Shown: positions 12,919 to 25,487 of the stretch, one piece after another | Numbering within the stretch: position 1 is the stretch's first letter | Layout of the letters: every line of letters starts with the position of its first letter | Position numbers and translations under genes: made by a program | Notes under the pieces: generated by a model | Database searches by the model: none | What the model saw: only the letters and a program-made list of their open reading frames with translations | Told to the model about the DNA's origin: nothing | Origin: Octopus sinensis | Taxonomy: Eukaryota | Length of the DNA: 64,000 nt | Direction: 5' to 3' | Assembly: GCF_006345805.1 (NCBI RefSeq) | Contig: NC_043003.1 | Span: 75,392,001-75,456,000, forward strand

Positions 12919-15229
12919 TCAGTCTTCCAAATCATATCACCATTGTTTTGAGCAGACGCCTTTACATGGACATCTTTGCAAAATGTAAGGAAATCCTAAT
13001 AAATAAAGCAGCAATAGATATGATCCCTGCGCTTGGATTTCAACATGATTGTCTCATATATATGACACTCGTAATTGCATTGCAGTATGATATATCTTCT
13101 TTGTTGGAAAACAATTTTTGTAACCTATTCACTTCTTCTATGCCGTCTATCCACGTATATTTATCATTCGTATATTTTCTTTGACATGTTCATTGTTTTC
13201 CTGTTTACAAGGACATATTCAGTACATATCGCATTCTTCAGTGCAACCTTTATATCATTAACGTGCATATTTCTAGATTTTTTAATATTTATTTCTGGAT
13301 TTGAAGGCGTCATATCAATATAACTATTATTATCGTGTTGTCGTAATTTTTAATCTGAATTACTGTGGATAAATTTATGTATCGACATGTATGTATCTAT
13401 GCATACGTGCATACGTTCTGAGCAATATCAGTGCATGTTATCAAATACAAACACATAGATACAAAGAAAACACCTTAAAGTATTGAACAACATATGACAA
13501 TTTCATTCACTCACATTCTACAAACCCAAAGCAGAAGAATGACACCATCACAATTCAGAAACCTATGTCACATATACAAAACACGTCATAACGAACGATA
13601 TATTAAATACACAATATAAAAAAAAAACATAAATCTTATCCACAACCCACTCTCACTCTCATACACACGACTTCAAACACACCAAACGAAATTGCATTTG
13701 CAAAAGAAATAGCAAGAAACTACCTTGCTGTGAAATACCACTAACAAGTGCGATCTTCTCAATTAACTGCTTCATTTATTTTATTTTATTCTCATAAATA
13801 GATTTGACCAATGCTCCTTGAGAGTGATATTTATTAGTTGTTATTTCAACCCTTTACTCAAGTTTATTAGCTATCCTAATCATGTAGAACTGGTGCTAGC
13901 TCAGATGACGGTGTATATTTATATCAACCGATGCCAAGCGCAAAGGAATCACAGAAATCAGACAGCTTAAATTTACGCCTACCGATTTAAATCATGTAGA
14001 CCACGTTCGTAGATTTACGTCAACCGTTTTAAAATGGTTAATATATATGCTTAATTTAATACCAAAAGACATATGAAAACTACATTCAAAAACATCGATA
14101 ATCTTTATTAATTCATTTAAAAACTGAAATAGATTATTGGGTTAAATGATAAGGTTTGTTAGAATAGAAATGCATACTTTACAGACAAGGACATAACCAT
14201 TCACACACAATAATACCAACATATACACCCTATTCATTCTATAATCAGAAATGTATACACATATCAGAAATTTTTACGCATATAATAAATAATAGCAAAT
14301 ACAACTACAGCACTGGGACACATAAAATGGTATATAATACTAGGTATTATCATATTCCACAACAGAGATGCACATCAAAATGATTAAAGAGAATTATATA
14401 GATAACGTAACGATGGTTGTCAAAAGTTTCTTCTTTCAAATTCCAATACGAACTTTTGAGTTTAAGCTTACGCATTTCAAAGATTTGGAAATGCCTATTA
14501 ATGAATTTATCACTGCACAATAGAATGCAAAATGCCTCTACTAAGCAACGATTACATAATTTTGAATATGCCTTCCATGGATATGTAATTCGCACTATTG
14601 AATATCTGTTGTTTTCGTAGACCTCTCATTGAAACTGCAGATCAGTCAGTGATGTACATTGTATATTGCATATGCTCTTCAATGAGGCGATGTGACTTTG
14701 GCTGCGAAATATATATATATATATATATGTGTGTGTATGTGTATGTGTGTGTGTGTGCGTGCGTGTGTGTATGTATGTATGTGCGTATGTATGTACGTAT
14801 AATAAATCCGAGAAAATATGTCAATTCTTATATATATACACTCATGCACTTTGCAAAAAATTAACAGTGACAAACGAAATATACATCGCCGGAAGTTCTT
14901 GCTGAAAAACAGCAGCAGTAATTTTATTCAGCTGAATACACGTCATTGTTCGGTTGAAATTACCGAAATACGAGAATTTTAACTTTTTAACGTAAATATA
15001 ACTTTTTCTCAAAAATGTTAAAAGTAAAAGATGTTTTATATGGCACATTCTAACAGCGTCCGAAGTTTGAAAGTGTTTACCTACAAAAAATTATTTTTTA
15101 AATCTATACGTCAAAAGGTAAAGGTACTAGTACTGTATTCGTCCTGGGAGAACCTCTCAGAGAGACACACGATGTTATATGCAAACGTATATCAGTAGCA
15201 GACGGGAACCGTCTGGTATGCGCGCATGT

Positions 15230-15273
<44 letters not shown>

Positions 15274-15364
15274 CTATAAAACAAACTGGGAGGATAGAGA
15301 CGGAACGAAGTGAAAATTCGAAAATCGAAAATTCAAACGAACCCGTCGCGAGCGCTGTCAGACA

Positions 15365-15669
15365 ATAGTGTAATAAATAAAAGATATGCATACATACAAA
15401 CATATATGTACGTACCGACATCTACATGTATATATACATGCATATATAAATTTTCTGTTGTACATAATGTTTTTCCCGTTTTCGTCCTGTTCCACGTCTC
15501 TGTCCTTCTGTTGTAACAAAATGGCTCTTCCGTTTTCGTTTCTGTTGAGTTATACGTCTTTTTGTGGTGTCCTGTACGTATATAGATTTATATATGCATG
15601 TATATATACATGTAGATGTCGGTATGTACATATATGTTTGTATGTATGCATATATTTTTTTTATTACAC

Positions 15670-15672
<3 letters not shown>
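15365..15672. repeat. Inverted repeat, 87-bp arms, ~134-bp spacer
   Basis: 15365-15451 is a near-perfect reverse complement of 15586-15672; lies between (TA)n tracts. Confidence 0.9.
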
Positions 15673-15707
<35 letters not shown>

Positions 15708-16869
15708 ATATATATATTGTTCAAATCACAATATAAGTGAGAGTAACTTTATAATTTTGAAAAAAATATTTATAACATGGGGTACGAAATAGTTGCACTC
15801 ATTATATAGTGTTATTCATCCCTCAATTTTCAAACGTCTTGCATATTAGAGAATAAGTGTATATTGTTAAGACTGTGTTTTATGAAATCTTGTCGAAGTC
15901 GTTATTATATTTTTGAAGTAGATACCTGACGACAGCAATCATATTTTCCAGGTAAACCACCAAAGCTAATTTTTCTTTAGTCCGAAATTTATCATGCGTG
16001 TTTCAATTGCTCGTTCATGTATGCGCTTCTTTTCATATTTGAACGTCTTTTTAGACGCGTGGCGAATTGAGAGGATTTACTTAAACTTTCTACATTCTGA
16101 GTTCTAATTTACGCCGCAATCGATTTCGACATTTTTTCGCTTTTGGGCTCGATAAGAATGTTGCAATTAAGGGCAGTAGAATAGTAGCACTGTTAAAATA
16201 TCAAAGCGGATACTTTGCAGTATTTATCACGGCTCTTAATCCCTGATTTCAAACCGTGCTATGATGTCAGACATAGACTATCAAATGATAGAAAAACTCA
16301 TCCTTCCGACTAAAATATAAAATTGCTTTTATCATTAAGCTGTATTTCATTGACACCTTGACTTATTATTTTGTGATAATTATATTATTAATTAATATTG
16401 TGTTTGAGTAAGGGAAAGTGGGATGTCTTAGTTTCTGTTCGTCTCTATCTGGATGAATTCAGTACTGGAAGTATTAGTAGATTCTCTCATTCGTATCTGA
16501 AAACATGCCTGTTATTGCTAATTTATGTATAGAATCAGATAGTAGCATTTATTAAAATTTTCCATAAAGTCCAAATTCACAGCTGATGTATTTTATGAAG
16601 TGTGTCGTATGCAATATGCAGAAATTTATGGATAAAGAAATTATATTCGACTTTGTACTTATGTGCTTCTTGATGAAAGAAGTAGGATGCAAGTTTTATT
16701 TAGGTTCGTCAATGAAAGTTTTAGTGAGAAATAACAGTTTATTACTCCTGTGCTACTACTACGTATCCGAAACTGATGCTTCTAAGGTTGATCGAATGAA
16801 AGGTGAGACATTAGTAGATGAGAAATTAGTTCTCAGATAATTTTCATTTAGCTTTGCTGATAATGCGAC

Positions 16870-17131
16870 ACTTTAAGCAAGTATCTTGTGCTTTAGCCCC
16901 AGTTTATCTAAAGCCTTTGAAGTAAAATCTTTTACTGAAATTTCACTCAGGTGGCTTTTCGTTTCTTACCTGACTGATTAAATCCATCATACCTTTAAAT
17001 AATTGTATTTACACTTCTGGTACTTTTGACAGTCGAAACTGTACTTCATATTACCGACGAATTCCCAGTTTCGTTACCAGCTATACACAGACTCAAGATG
17101 AAATGGAATGTCAGTGGCCTTCCTCCTTCTT
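16870..17131 (-). pseudogene. Death-domain-like exon of PIDD1-like pseudogene
   Basis: Acceptor TCTTATTTAG at 17132-17141. Reads EGGRPLTFHFILSLC / LVTKLGIRR*YEVQFRLSKVPEV*IQLFKGMMDLISQ / ISVKDFTSKALDKLGLKH with stops and frameshifts; entry phase 1 matches the previous exon. Confidence 0.5.
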
Positions 17132-17596
17132 CTAAATAAGATACTTAAAATCTTGTTAGCTTGTTAACGTTGAAGCTACTGCCGTGGAAAGTCGAAAATG
17201 AAGATCGATTAGTCATTAGCACTATTAATATCATTTCGCGATACTCCATGTTTACACACTAAGTGATAAAGTACGGTAATTTGTTAATGCCCAATACAAA
17301 AGAAATATATATTCGTTTTGGACCTAAAATGCAATTAGTCTTTCATTATATATTCTTTATGCAAAATCAATCCGTAGTGAAAGTTTTCGGCTAGTGTTTC
17401 AATTATTTTCCTGGTCTCATTGCTATGAAACAAAGTGGAATTTTGGAAAGTAGTTTTGTTTTAATAAAGCAAGAAGTGCTTACTTTTATGCAAATAAATC
17501 GTACGTTTCACTGAAATCATCCTTAATATTTGCAATATCGTGGCCAATATAATATAATAATACAATATCGTGGCCAGTGTAATATAATAAGCTCAC

Positions 17597-17752
17597 TGTA
17601 TGCTAATTCTCCGTTGGATAGGTTCAACTGTGTTGAACCAATTAGCAAAGGCTGTGGGTACCTTGGCGAAATTTCATATGTGGATGTAAGGAATTGTAAA
17701 CTATACACAAAACTCTTATCTTCCAGCGTTCTCACAATTCAAAACCACCATC
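17597..17752 (-). pseudogene. Internal exon (UPA C-terminus/linker) of PIDD1-like pseudogene
   Basis: TTACAG acceptor, GTGAGC donor. (R)MVVLNCEN / LEDKSFVYSLQFLTSTYEISPRYPQPLLIGSTQLNLSNGELAY with one frameshift; phases fit both neighbours. Confidence 0.5.
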
Positions 17753-18984
17753 CTGTAACCCGAAAATAAGAAGGGATGGAGAAAAAGTCTTGAATAAAAT
17801 AAAATGAATCTTATCATCGACTAGTCATTTTCTTTTCTTGAAGTATATAAGTAATTTGATGCTAATGCAGACTTTGTTCAGATACGTGCAAAATTTCATA
17901 TACTGCGTACTATTAATTAAATATCGTTTGCTATTCAGCACTAAGTGGGCACATTCTCTTCTTTTCTGTTCTTTTTATTAGATTTGGAGTGTGATCGATG
18001 ATAGTATCGTAATGAATTTTTTTATAGAAAATGGTACGGTAAATGAACCTGCCCACACATATACTGTTGTTTTAAACAATTCCCAGAAAGATAAAAAAAA
18101 GAGAGTAATAGAGTGCGTAAGAGAAGGGTGATACAGAATGAGTAAAAAGAGATAAACTATTACAATAAAAAAAATGCAGACCTCTCTGTTATATTAGTAC
18201 TTTATTTACCAGGACCTGAATTGTGAAATTCATACTTGATTTCAATGACATTTGAACATAGAACATAAGGTGCCAGATAATGTTCTGTAACTTATTCTTC
18301 GTTGATCTCAGGTTTCTAGCATTCAATAGCATTTCTATATGATAGAATATATTTTTCTCATGAGTGTTTGTTTTTATTATTTTTTTTAATATGTTGCACC
18401 TAACTTTTTCCTCCTGTTTATATTAGAGCAAATAAATGAGAGCTTCGAATTCACAAACTCCTCTTCGTAAATAAACATGAACTACTCTTGCTAGGGTATG
18501 CCATGTCCGACTTAATCATAATATATAGAACGAATCTATTGACAATCATTGCTCCTAGCAGAACTCATTACAAAAGTAAACACACAAAAAAAAAGAAATA
18601 CAAATGGGGAAAAAATAAAATTGAATAAGCGAACAAAAATCTATTTGGTAGGTAAACGTATTGTGAATAGCAATGACAGTACAGGAATTGTAAATATTTA
18701 TGTTTGCTTTCACTTTCAGGACTTATATTTAAGCGACAGGTTATATTTTGCAAAAGTGAAGCCCGTAATAGCCAAAAGCTATCAGTTTATACAAACAAAC
18801 ATACTACTGCATTCTTCTATGATGGTTTTAAGTGAAATCACTGCTATCAACCATTCAAATATAGGATGGTTTAAGTAGATAAACATTTGTAAAAGACAGC
18901 CTTATATTAATGGATCAGCATGCATGTATACAAGATAATGTTTGGCTTCTGTGTGTATATATATACATGTGAGTGTGTGCGTGC

Positions 18985-19031
<47 letters not shown>

Positions 19032-19960
19032 TACATGCGTACATGTGCATATGTGTATGTACGTGTGTGTATGTATTCTTGTCTGACTGAATGTGTATAT
19101 GTATGTATGCGTGTGGATATGTATGAGTGCGTGTGTATTTCTATGTACATTACACCATGGGTGGCTTCAACTGAATCCACAGAATCCACGGAATCCAATC
19201 TGTTACAAGTCTGAGCACAGTTTTCCCATTTGAGGATATCTTTCTGCCTTGTTCTAGCCAAAGTGGGAGATTTTTGTAATGGTTCACAGACACTACAATC
19301 ACACCAATCTCAAAAATTTTAAACAGGTGTGTTTGAGTGCGTGCGTGCGTGTATGTGTATGTGTGCGTGTGTTTGTGTGTGTGTGTTTGTGTGTGAATAT
19401 GTTCTGTATTTGTATTTCAGCACGGTATTTCTCTCGGTTGAACTTGCCTTATGACATTATGACATCTTACACGTTAGACTTCAAATATTTCTGTAGTAAT
19501 CGACTTTGATTCAAAATGATTTTTGCAGCTGATGATGATGTTTTTCTTCTCATGACATGAGCAGAGTAGGAAGTGTAGCACACGTGATACCTTTGCAATG
19601 TATACTTGACAGCTGAGCAAAAAAAATTAATTTACTTCATAGAACAGATATATGACACACGTGTTTGCTGCACTTTGCGTTAATAATATGTAAAGCCTAG
19701 TAGCAGCAATAATTCCTTCTTATTGTTAATGAAGTATCTCACTAAAAACAATAGGAAGAAATATATGAAAACGAACACCTTATAAAATAGATACTATATC
19801 AATTTAAAATTTAAAATATAACGGAGATGTACTTGCATAGCATGTGATCTGATCCGAGATCGTGTGCTGGAACGAAAACGATTGCAGCGTGGAAGGTGTT
19901 TATAAGGCTTCTAATAAACACACAAAAACGGTTAGATTCACTTCACTATTTAAATTTAAT

Positions 19961-20009
19961 TTGTCAAAATATTTTCGTCGCTTTCAGACCGCGACCTGTT
20001 AGCTGACAA
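19961..20009 (-). ncRNA. Hammerhead-architecture motif with non-canonical or decayed core (GCUAACA)
   Basis: TTGTCA-GCTAACA-G-GTCGC(9 nt)GCGAC-GAAA-ATAT-TT-TGACAA: 6-bp stem I, 5-bp stem II, palindromic stem III. Confidence 0.55.
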
Positions 20010-20139
20010 AATTCCGTGTAGTATCTCAAGTATTTCTCTGCGAAGAATTAAGAAAACGCACTACCTAGGCAATGGAATAATACAACTAAAACTGCGAATT
20101 TTCATTTCGATCACAGGTTCCTGTACGTGCACTTCAGTA

Positions 20140-20560
20140 TAATAATGGTTTCAAATTTTGGCAAAATAGCTGAACATTCTGGAACAGGTGAAAGGCGATT
20201 ACATATTCCCCAGTGCACAACTAGTATTTATTTTAAGCAACCGAGAAGAGGAAACGTAAGTTTGACCTCACTGGAATTTGAACTTCGCTAAGCATTTCTC
20301 CCGGCCTTATAACGATTCTGACCAGCTTGCTATCTTATCAATGTAATGTAATAGCCCTTTCTACTATAGGCACAAGACATGGAATTGGATGGAGGGATAG
20401 CCAACGGTGTCAACTTCAATACTCAACTGGTACTTATTTTATCAAATCTGAAGTATAAAAGGCAATGTAGACTATGAAGGAATTTGAACGTAAAAGGCAA
20501 AGACGAACGAAATGCAGCTAAACCTTGTACCCAACGTGTTAACGATTCTGCCATGTAATA
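20140..20560 (-). mobile_element. Two decayed family B SINE copies
   Basis: Similarity to the clean copy at 48339-48569 (ACTGGTACTTATTTTATC.., GGAATTTGAAC..). Confidence 0.65.
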
Positions 20561-20840
20561 ATGAAGTTTATTAATATAAGTTGGTACCAAAATGAAAATA
20601 AAATTTACTATATTCAGCATAACATGAAAGGAGTTATATAGACAACTTCAACTTAGAGCTAGTGTCCTTGATAATAATTTAAGTACTTAGTCAATTATTG
20701 TTAGTTTACTCAAAATATGATATCAAATACGCTACAAAAATTAATCATTTCAAAGCAGATGGTAGGGTACAAAGTGCCGGGAGTACATTTAGGATTCTGA
20801 AACTGTATAGATGTATGTATTTATCTATAACTTTATCTTT

Positions 20841-21015
20841 TACTTGTTTCAGTTAACAGGCTGCAGCTATGCTAGGGTGACACCTTGAAGAAAGTTTAGT
20901 CGACTGAATCGATCTCATTACCTTTCCTTTTCCTTATTCTATCGGACGTAAAACAAAAGTACCGTTTTTCAAGTGGTGGCGGGGGGAAACAGGGCCAGAA
21001 AGATGCGCACACACA

Positions 21016-21051
<36 letters not shown>

Positions 21052-21203
21052 AAATACTTCTTTCAGTTTTGTCTACCAAATCCACTGACAGGAATTTGGT
21101 CGCACCAAGACAACAGTACAAAACACTTGCCCATTATGTCATGCACTGATACTGAATTCGGAAACATTTGGTTGTGGAGCAAACTTCTTACCAGACATCC
21201 ACG
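20841..21203 (-). mobile_element. tRNA-derived SINE, family A, decayed
   Basis: Colinear with 3331-3793. Confidence 0.75.
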
Positions 21204-22686
21204 TATTCCAGAAAGTTTTAGACTTTTCACTTTGAAGAGGTACTTATAACTTTACTAGATTACTGTGATATTAATATATCATTTATGTTAAATTTCGGGA
21301 TTGTCATATTTTTTTCTATTGCCAAATAAACACCCGTACTATATATTCGTATTTTACTTGTTTATTATCGTTCTTATTTTTTGTCCATTTTTGGAAATCT
21401 TTCGTCACGCAGCTGGGACCTTTTCAGCGTCTCTATCCCACGTCTCATTTCCTGTTCTGTTTAGTCTATTCTTTCTTACTACAGTGTTTATTCTTGTCTG
21501 CGCATGTATTTGCAGCTGTGTCTGTGTCTGTGTGCGTGTGTATATGTGAGTACGGGCCTCTGCGTTTTGTAAAGGGATTTGTGTGCTTACTATACTATTT
21601 GTATCCGTACCCTTTTTATATTTAGTTAGTTATTCATTTAATTATTACTTGTTTATTTATCTACTTATTTATCCCCATTTTTATTTCCGTTGTGTGTCTT
21701 TTGTCTGTGTGTATGTGTTTAGGTATTATGATGTTTGTATCTGTTTTATATTTGCGTCTCATTCTTTTCTTCCGTTCTGCCTTTAGCCGTCATCCTGCAT
21801 AGTGTGGTAGTGCTGAGTGTTATTGTTCCATTCGCGTTTACTTTTGAGGCTCGTTCTGTCTATTAATATTACATAGTAATATTAATAGGTAGACACAGTA
21901 ATAGACATATTAATAGACAAACATTATTGCACAGAAATATTTGTGAAGAACTGAATATGCACAAAATTGTGCAAAAATTTGCGCCCAGTGCGGTCCTGGA
22001 AGAACAGAAGAAAGGACGCATTGGTGACAGCATGTAGGTGGTTCAGCTCATTAGCACCATTCCAAGAGTACTTGAGTGTCTGCTGACCTGTCGTAAAAGC
22101 AAGATCTGCAGTCATGATCCATTTATCTGGTACCCATCGGAAGTATGTTGTCTTACCCCTGATACAGGAATGCCATACAAAGCAAATCAAACGGGAAACT
22201 CGTGGTGACCCTCGTTTTTACAGCAAGGTTATCATTTACATTCTCTGGGATCACTCTGTCCAGATGGTGAACAAAGATTAATTTGCAGAGGTTTAGAAGG
22301 AGTTCAGAAAGTGATTTCATTGCAAAAGGCCAGAGCTCTTTACTACCGTTGGTTGCACCTGCAGCACGGCAGTACACCAGTCCACAATAATATCTGGATA
22401 ACGAAATACTTGTCAGATAGGCAACAAAACCTTTCCCTCATCGTCCCCACTGTCCAGATCTTGTCCCTGTTATTTTTGGCTGTTCCCCAAGTCGAAAGAG
22501 ACCACTAGGGCATATATTTTGATGACACTGAGAAGATGAGCCAAGCTATGACAAAAGTCCTGGGTACTTTCCTTCTAGAGGACTTCCTTGGGATCGTACA
22601 GTTCTATATTTAAGAGATTAGGATTTATGTACATTATTTGCATCGTTTACAATTGACGGGTATTTGTCCTTATCTTGTTTTTTGTT

Positions 22687-22732
22687 AACACAACGTTTCG
22701 GCTGAAATATCCCACAGCCTTCATCAGGTGTC
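22687..22732 (-). ncRNA. Minimal type I hammerhead ribozyme, intact core
   Basis: GACAC-CTGATGA-A-GGCTG(10 nt)CAGCC-GAAA-CG-TT-GTGTT: stem I 5 bp, stem II 5 bp, stem III reduced to the palindrome AACGTT. Confidence 0.8.
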
Positions 22733-22796
22733 CTGGGGAAATTTCGAACCTGGATTCTCATTCCTAAGGTATTTTTTGATGTTATTGTTGTTGTTG

Positions 22797-22889
<93 letters not shown>

Positions 22890-22947
22890 TCACTGTCTGG
22901 AATCGAACTCGGATTCTTGGGGTTAGTAGCCCGAGCTCTTAGCCCAC

Positions 22948-23023
22948 GGGTATATGGTGTAGTGGTTAAGAGCGCGGGCTACTAACCCCTAGATTCCGAG
23001 TTCAATTCCAGGCAGTGACCTGA
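22948..23023 (+). promoter_or_regulatory. tRNA-derived head with Pol III A and B boxes
   Basis: TGGTGTAGTGG (A box), GGG-CTACTAA-CCC anticodon-like arm, AGTTCAATTCC (B box); no proper acceptor stem. Confidence 0.75.
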
Positions 23024-23099
23024 AAATATTACTACTACTACTACTACTACTGCTACCACTATTACTACTACTACTACTACTACTATTACTACTACAACA

Positions 23100-23137
<38 letters not shown>

Positions 23138-23175
23138 CACTACTACTACTACTAACACTAATAATAATAATAATG

Positions 23176-23241
<66 letters not shown>

Positions 23242-25039
23242 TAATAATAGTAACAACAACAACACCAACAAAAACAACTTTAGGAATGAGAACCGAGGTT
23301 AGAAATTTCCGAAAGACACATCATGAATGCTATGTGTATGTCAGCCAAAACGTTGTGTTGACAACAAACAAGATGAGGACAAATATCCGTCAAATGTAAA
23401 TAATTCAAATAATGTTCCTCGGGATCTTCACGGAGCGACTGGGAGCTACAGCAGCTGCATTGACGCGTTGAAGTCAGAGGCTTCTACTTTCAAGGGGGTT
23501 ATAGCTTTATACTTCTCTGAAATAAAATCTATATTTGTGTTGAAAGTCTCAAAGGGTCTGGAATGCACCGTTTATATATGTGTGCGTGCGTGTGTTTGTG
23601 AATGTGTTTATGTGTCTGTGCGTGCGTGCGTGCGTGTGAGTATGTGCGCGTGCATGTGTTTGTGGTGTTTCTCTCTTTCCCGTATTTGATTGTTCTAAGC
23701 AATTCCATTTATCAGCGTGTTCCTTTCCAAACCTTTCCGAGTGAACAGACTGTACAATCGTTATTTCCGACATCAGTCAGTATTACTTCCATGAACTTAA
23801 CAAATGAATAACGTTTCCATTTATGTCTAGAAATAACATCCACTACTTCGATTTGAAGGTATTTATTTCATAGAATATATTTTTGAAATATAGCATTCCT
23901 AATAGATTTGAACTTATTTCCTGTCTGTTTAAATTTGGACCACGATATAGACACTTGTCCACCTAATATTTTCTGATGCATGTATATATTAATAGTTTCT
24001 TTAAGTATTTCATAACACTGTTAGAAACTATAGTGAAAATAAAGCTGCAGAATGATGTCTGAGGATGCTTCGGTTCTCGACTTAGCCTCCATGTATGTCT
24101 TACTTAATAATCATTTCAAGAATTAGCTTCGATATTTTCTTTAATGCGGTAGTTGTTACGCATGGTATGTCATAAAACTTCATTCTCCAATTTGAGCATT
24201 GGAATTTCCAACTTGTACTTCGATTTTGCTTTCATATATTTTTAGCTTCTCTCCTTTCTTCCAGCTATTGAGTATCAAAGGGCATGTTCGTCTTCGATTT
24301 AGTACGGTATTCTTTAGTTTCATTTTAAAGCTAGAATTTAGCTTTTACTATGCTCATGTTTCTTCTTTCGGCCCACTCGCGTTAGCAACATCAAAGCATG
24401 TATATTACGCTTTGTGCATCTTTGGATATAAAACAAAATATTTGTATCGTTAAATTCTTATTTTTGTGTCTTTAAAGGAGATTTTCGTTATTCGTTATTA
24501 TGCAAGGTGTAATACCTCCCTTAAATACAGTATAATTCTTTTAGTTGCGTAAGGCCCCTACCAACCAGCAATTTAGGGAAATATATTCTGTACATATCAA
24601 TTCATCCTTGGTATATACTTATAGTATTACTTTTCTGTTCGTTTTCTTCTATCTTCTTTGCTAGCACCTTTAGCATTCAGATCAGTATATAACAGATGTA
24701 AAACTGAATAGTAAATTAATTTTTTTTGTTTTTCATATTTATCTGTTTTCATTTTTTACTCTAAGATATCGAAATTATTCCATCACTGTATTACTTGTTC
24801 ACGTTGAACCCTTCTATTTATTCTCTGATTTCTCAAGGCTTATATGTTGCAATTCTCTAATACCAATTTCCCTGTCTCACGTGATATTCCTTGATATATT
24901 TTCGCCACTTCCCTCTTTTAATTATATATTTTTACTTCATCTTTTCCACTTCTCCTAGTCGTAGTCGTCCATTTTTCTACTTTTCATTGTGCTTCTAATT
25001 GAGTGTGTGCATGTGTATGTGTGTGTGTGTTTATGTTGT

Positions 25040-25235
25040 AAAATCGTTAGCAGGCCGGGTGAAATGCTAGGTGGCATCTCGTCCTTCAGCTATGCTCTGA
25101 GTTCAAATTCCACCGGGGTCGATTTTGACTTTCATCCTTTCGGGGTCGATTACATACGTATCAGCTACGCATTATGTTCGATGAAATTGACTAGCCCATT
25201 CCCCACAAGTTTCAGGCATTCTGCCTATAGTATAA
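25040..25235 (+). mobile_element. Family B SINE, decayed
   Basis: CGTTAGCAGGCCGGGTGAAATGC..CTGAGTTCAAATTCCACCGGGGTCGA..TTTCATCCTTTCGGGGTCGAT. Confidence 0.75.
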
Positions 25236-25270
25236 GGGATTATTATTATTATTGTTATTGTTATTATTAT

Positions 25271-25487
25271 TGTGTGGGAGAGCAGTGCATGCCATCAAAG
25301 TGACACTAGGGTAAAATATACGAAGCCCAGTATACCCGTCTGATAAGGGTACACTAGGCACATGCAGCCCAACCATATGTGCACGACATGGTGATCTCAT
25401 ATCAAGATAAACAGCACATGACCTTGCAGGTGAGGCCCAGTTAGAATTTTCTTTTCGTCGAGTAACACATCCCGCTCAGAAGGTCTT
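25271..25487 (-). mobile_element. Partial (TAA)n-associated non-autonomous element, family C
   Basis: Matches 61315-61540; abuts (TTA)n. Confidence 0.8.

Larger units (their letters stand above)
22596..23414. mobile_element. Head-to-head palindromic element: tRNA-like head + (TAA)n + hammerhead tail, copy 1
   Basis: Left arm 22597-22941 is the reverse complement of right arm 22948-23414; centre CCCACGGG; flanked by a 12-bp duplication TTCCT(T/C)GGGATC at 22584-22595 and 23415-23426. Confidence 0.85.
21920..23545 (+). mobile_element. Decayed mariner (DD34D) transposon split by the fold-back insertion at 22596-23414
   Basis: LHRNICEELNMHKIVQKFAP..EEQK and HRPHCPDL..YFWLFPK before the insertion; C-terminal SCI..EVRGFYFQG resumes after 23415. 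Confidence 0.7.
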
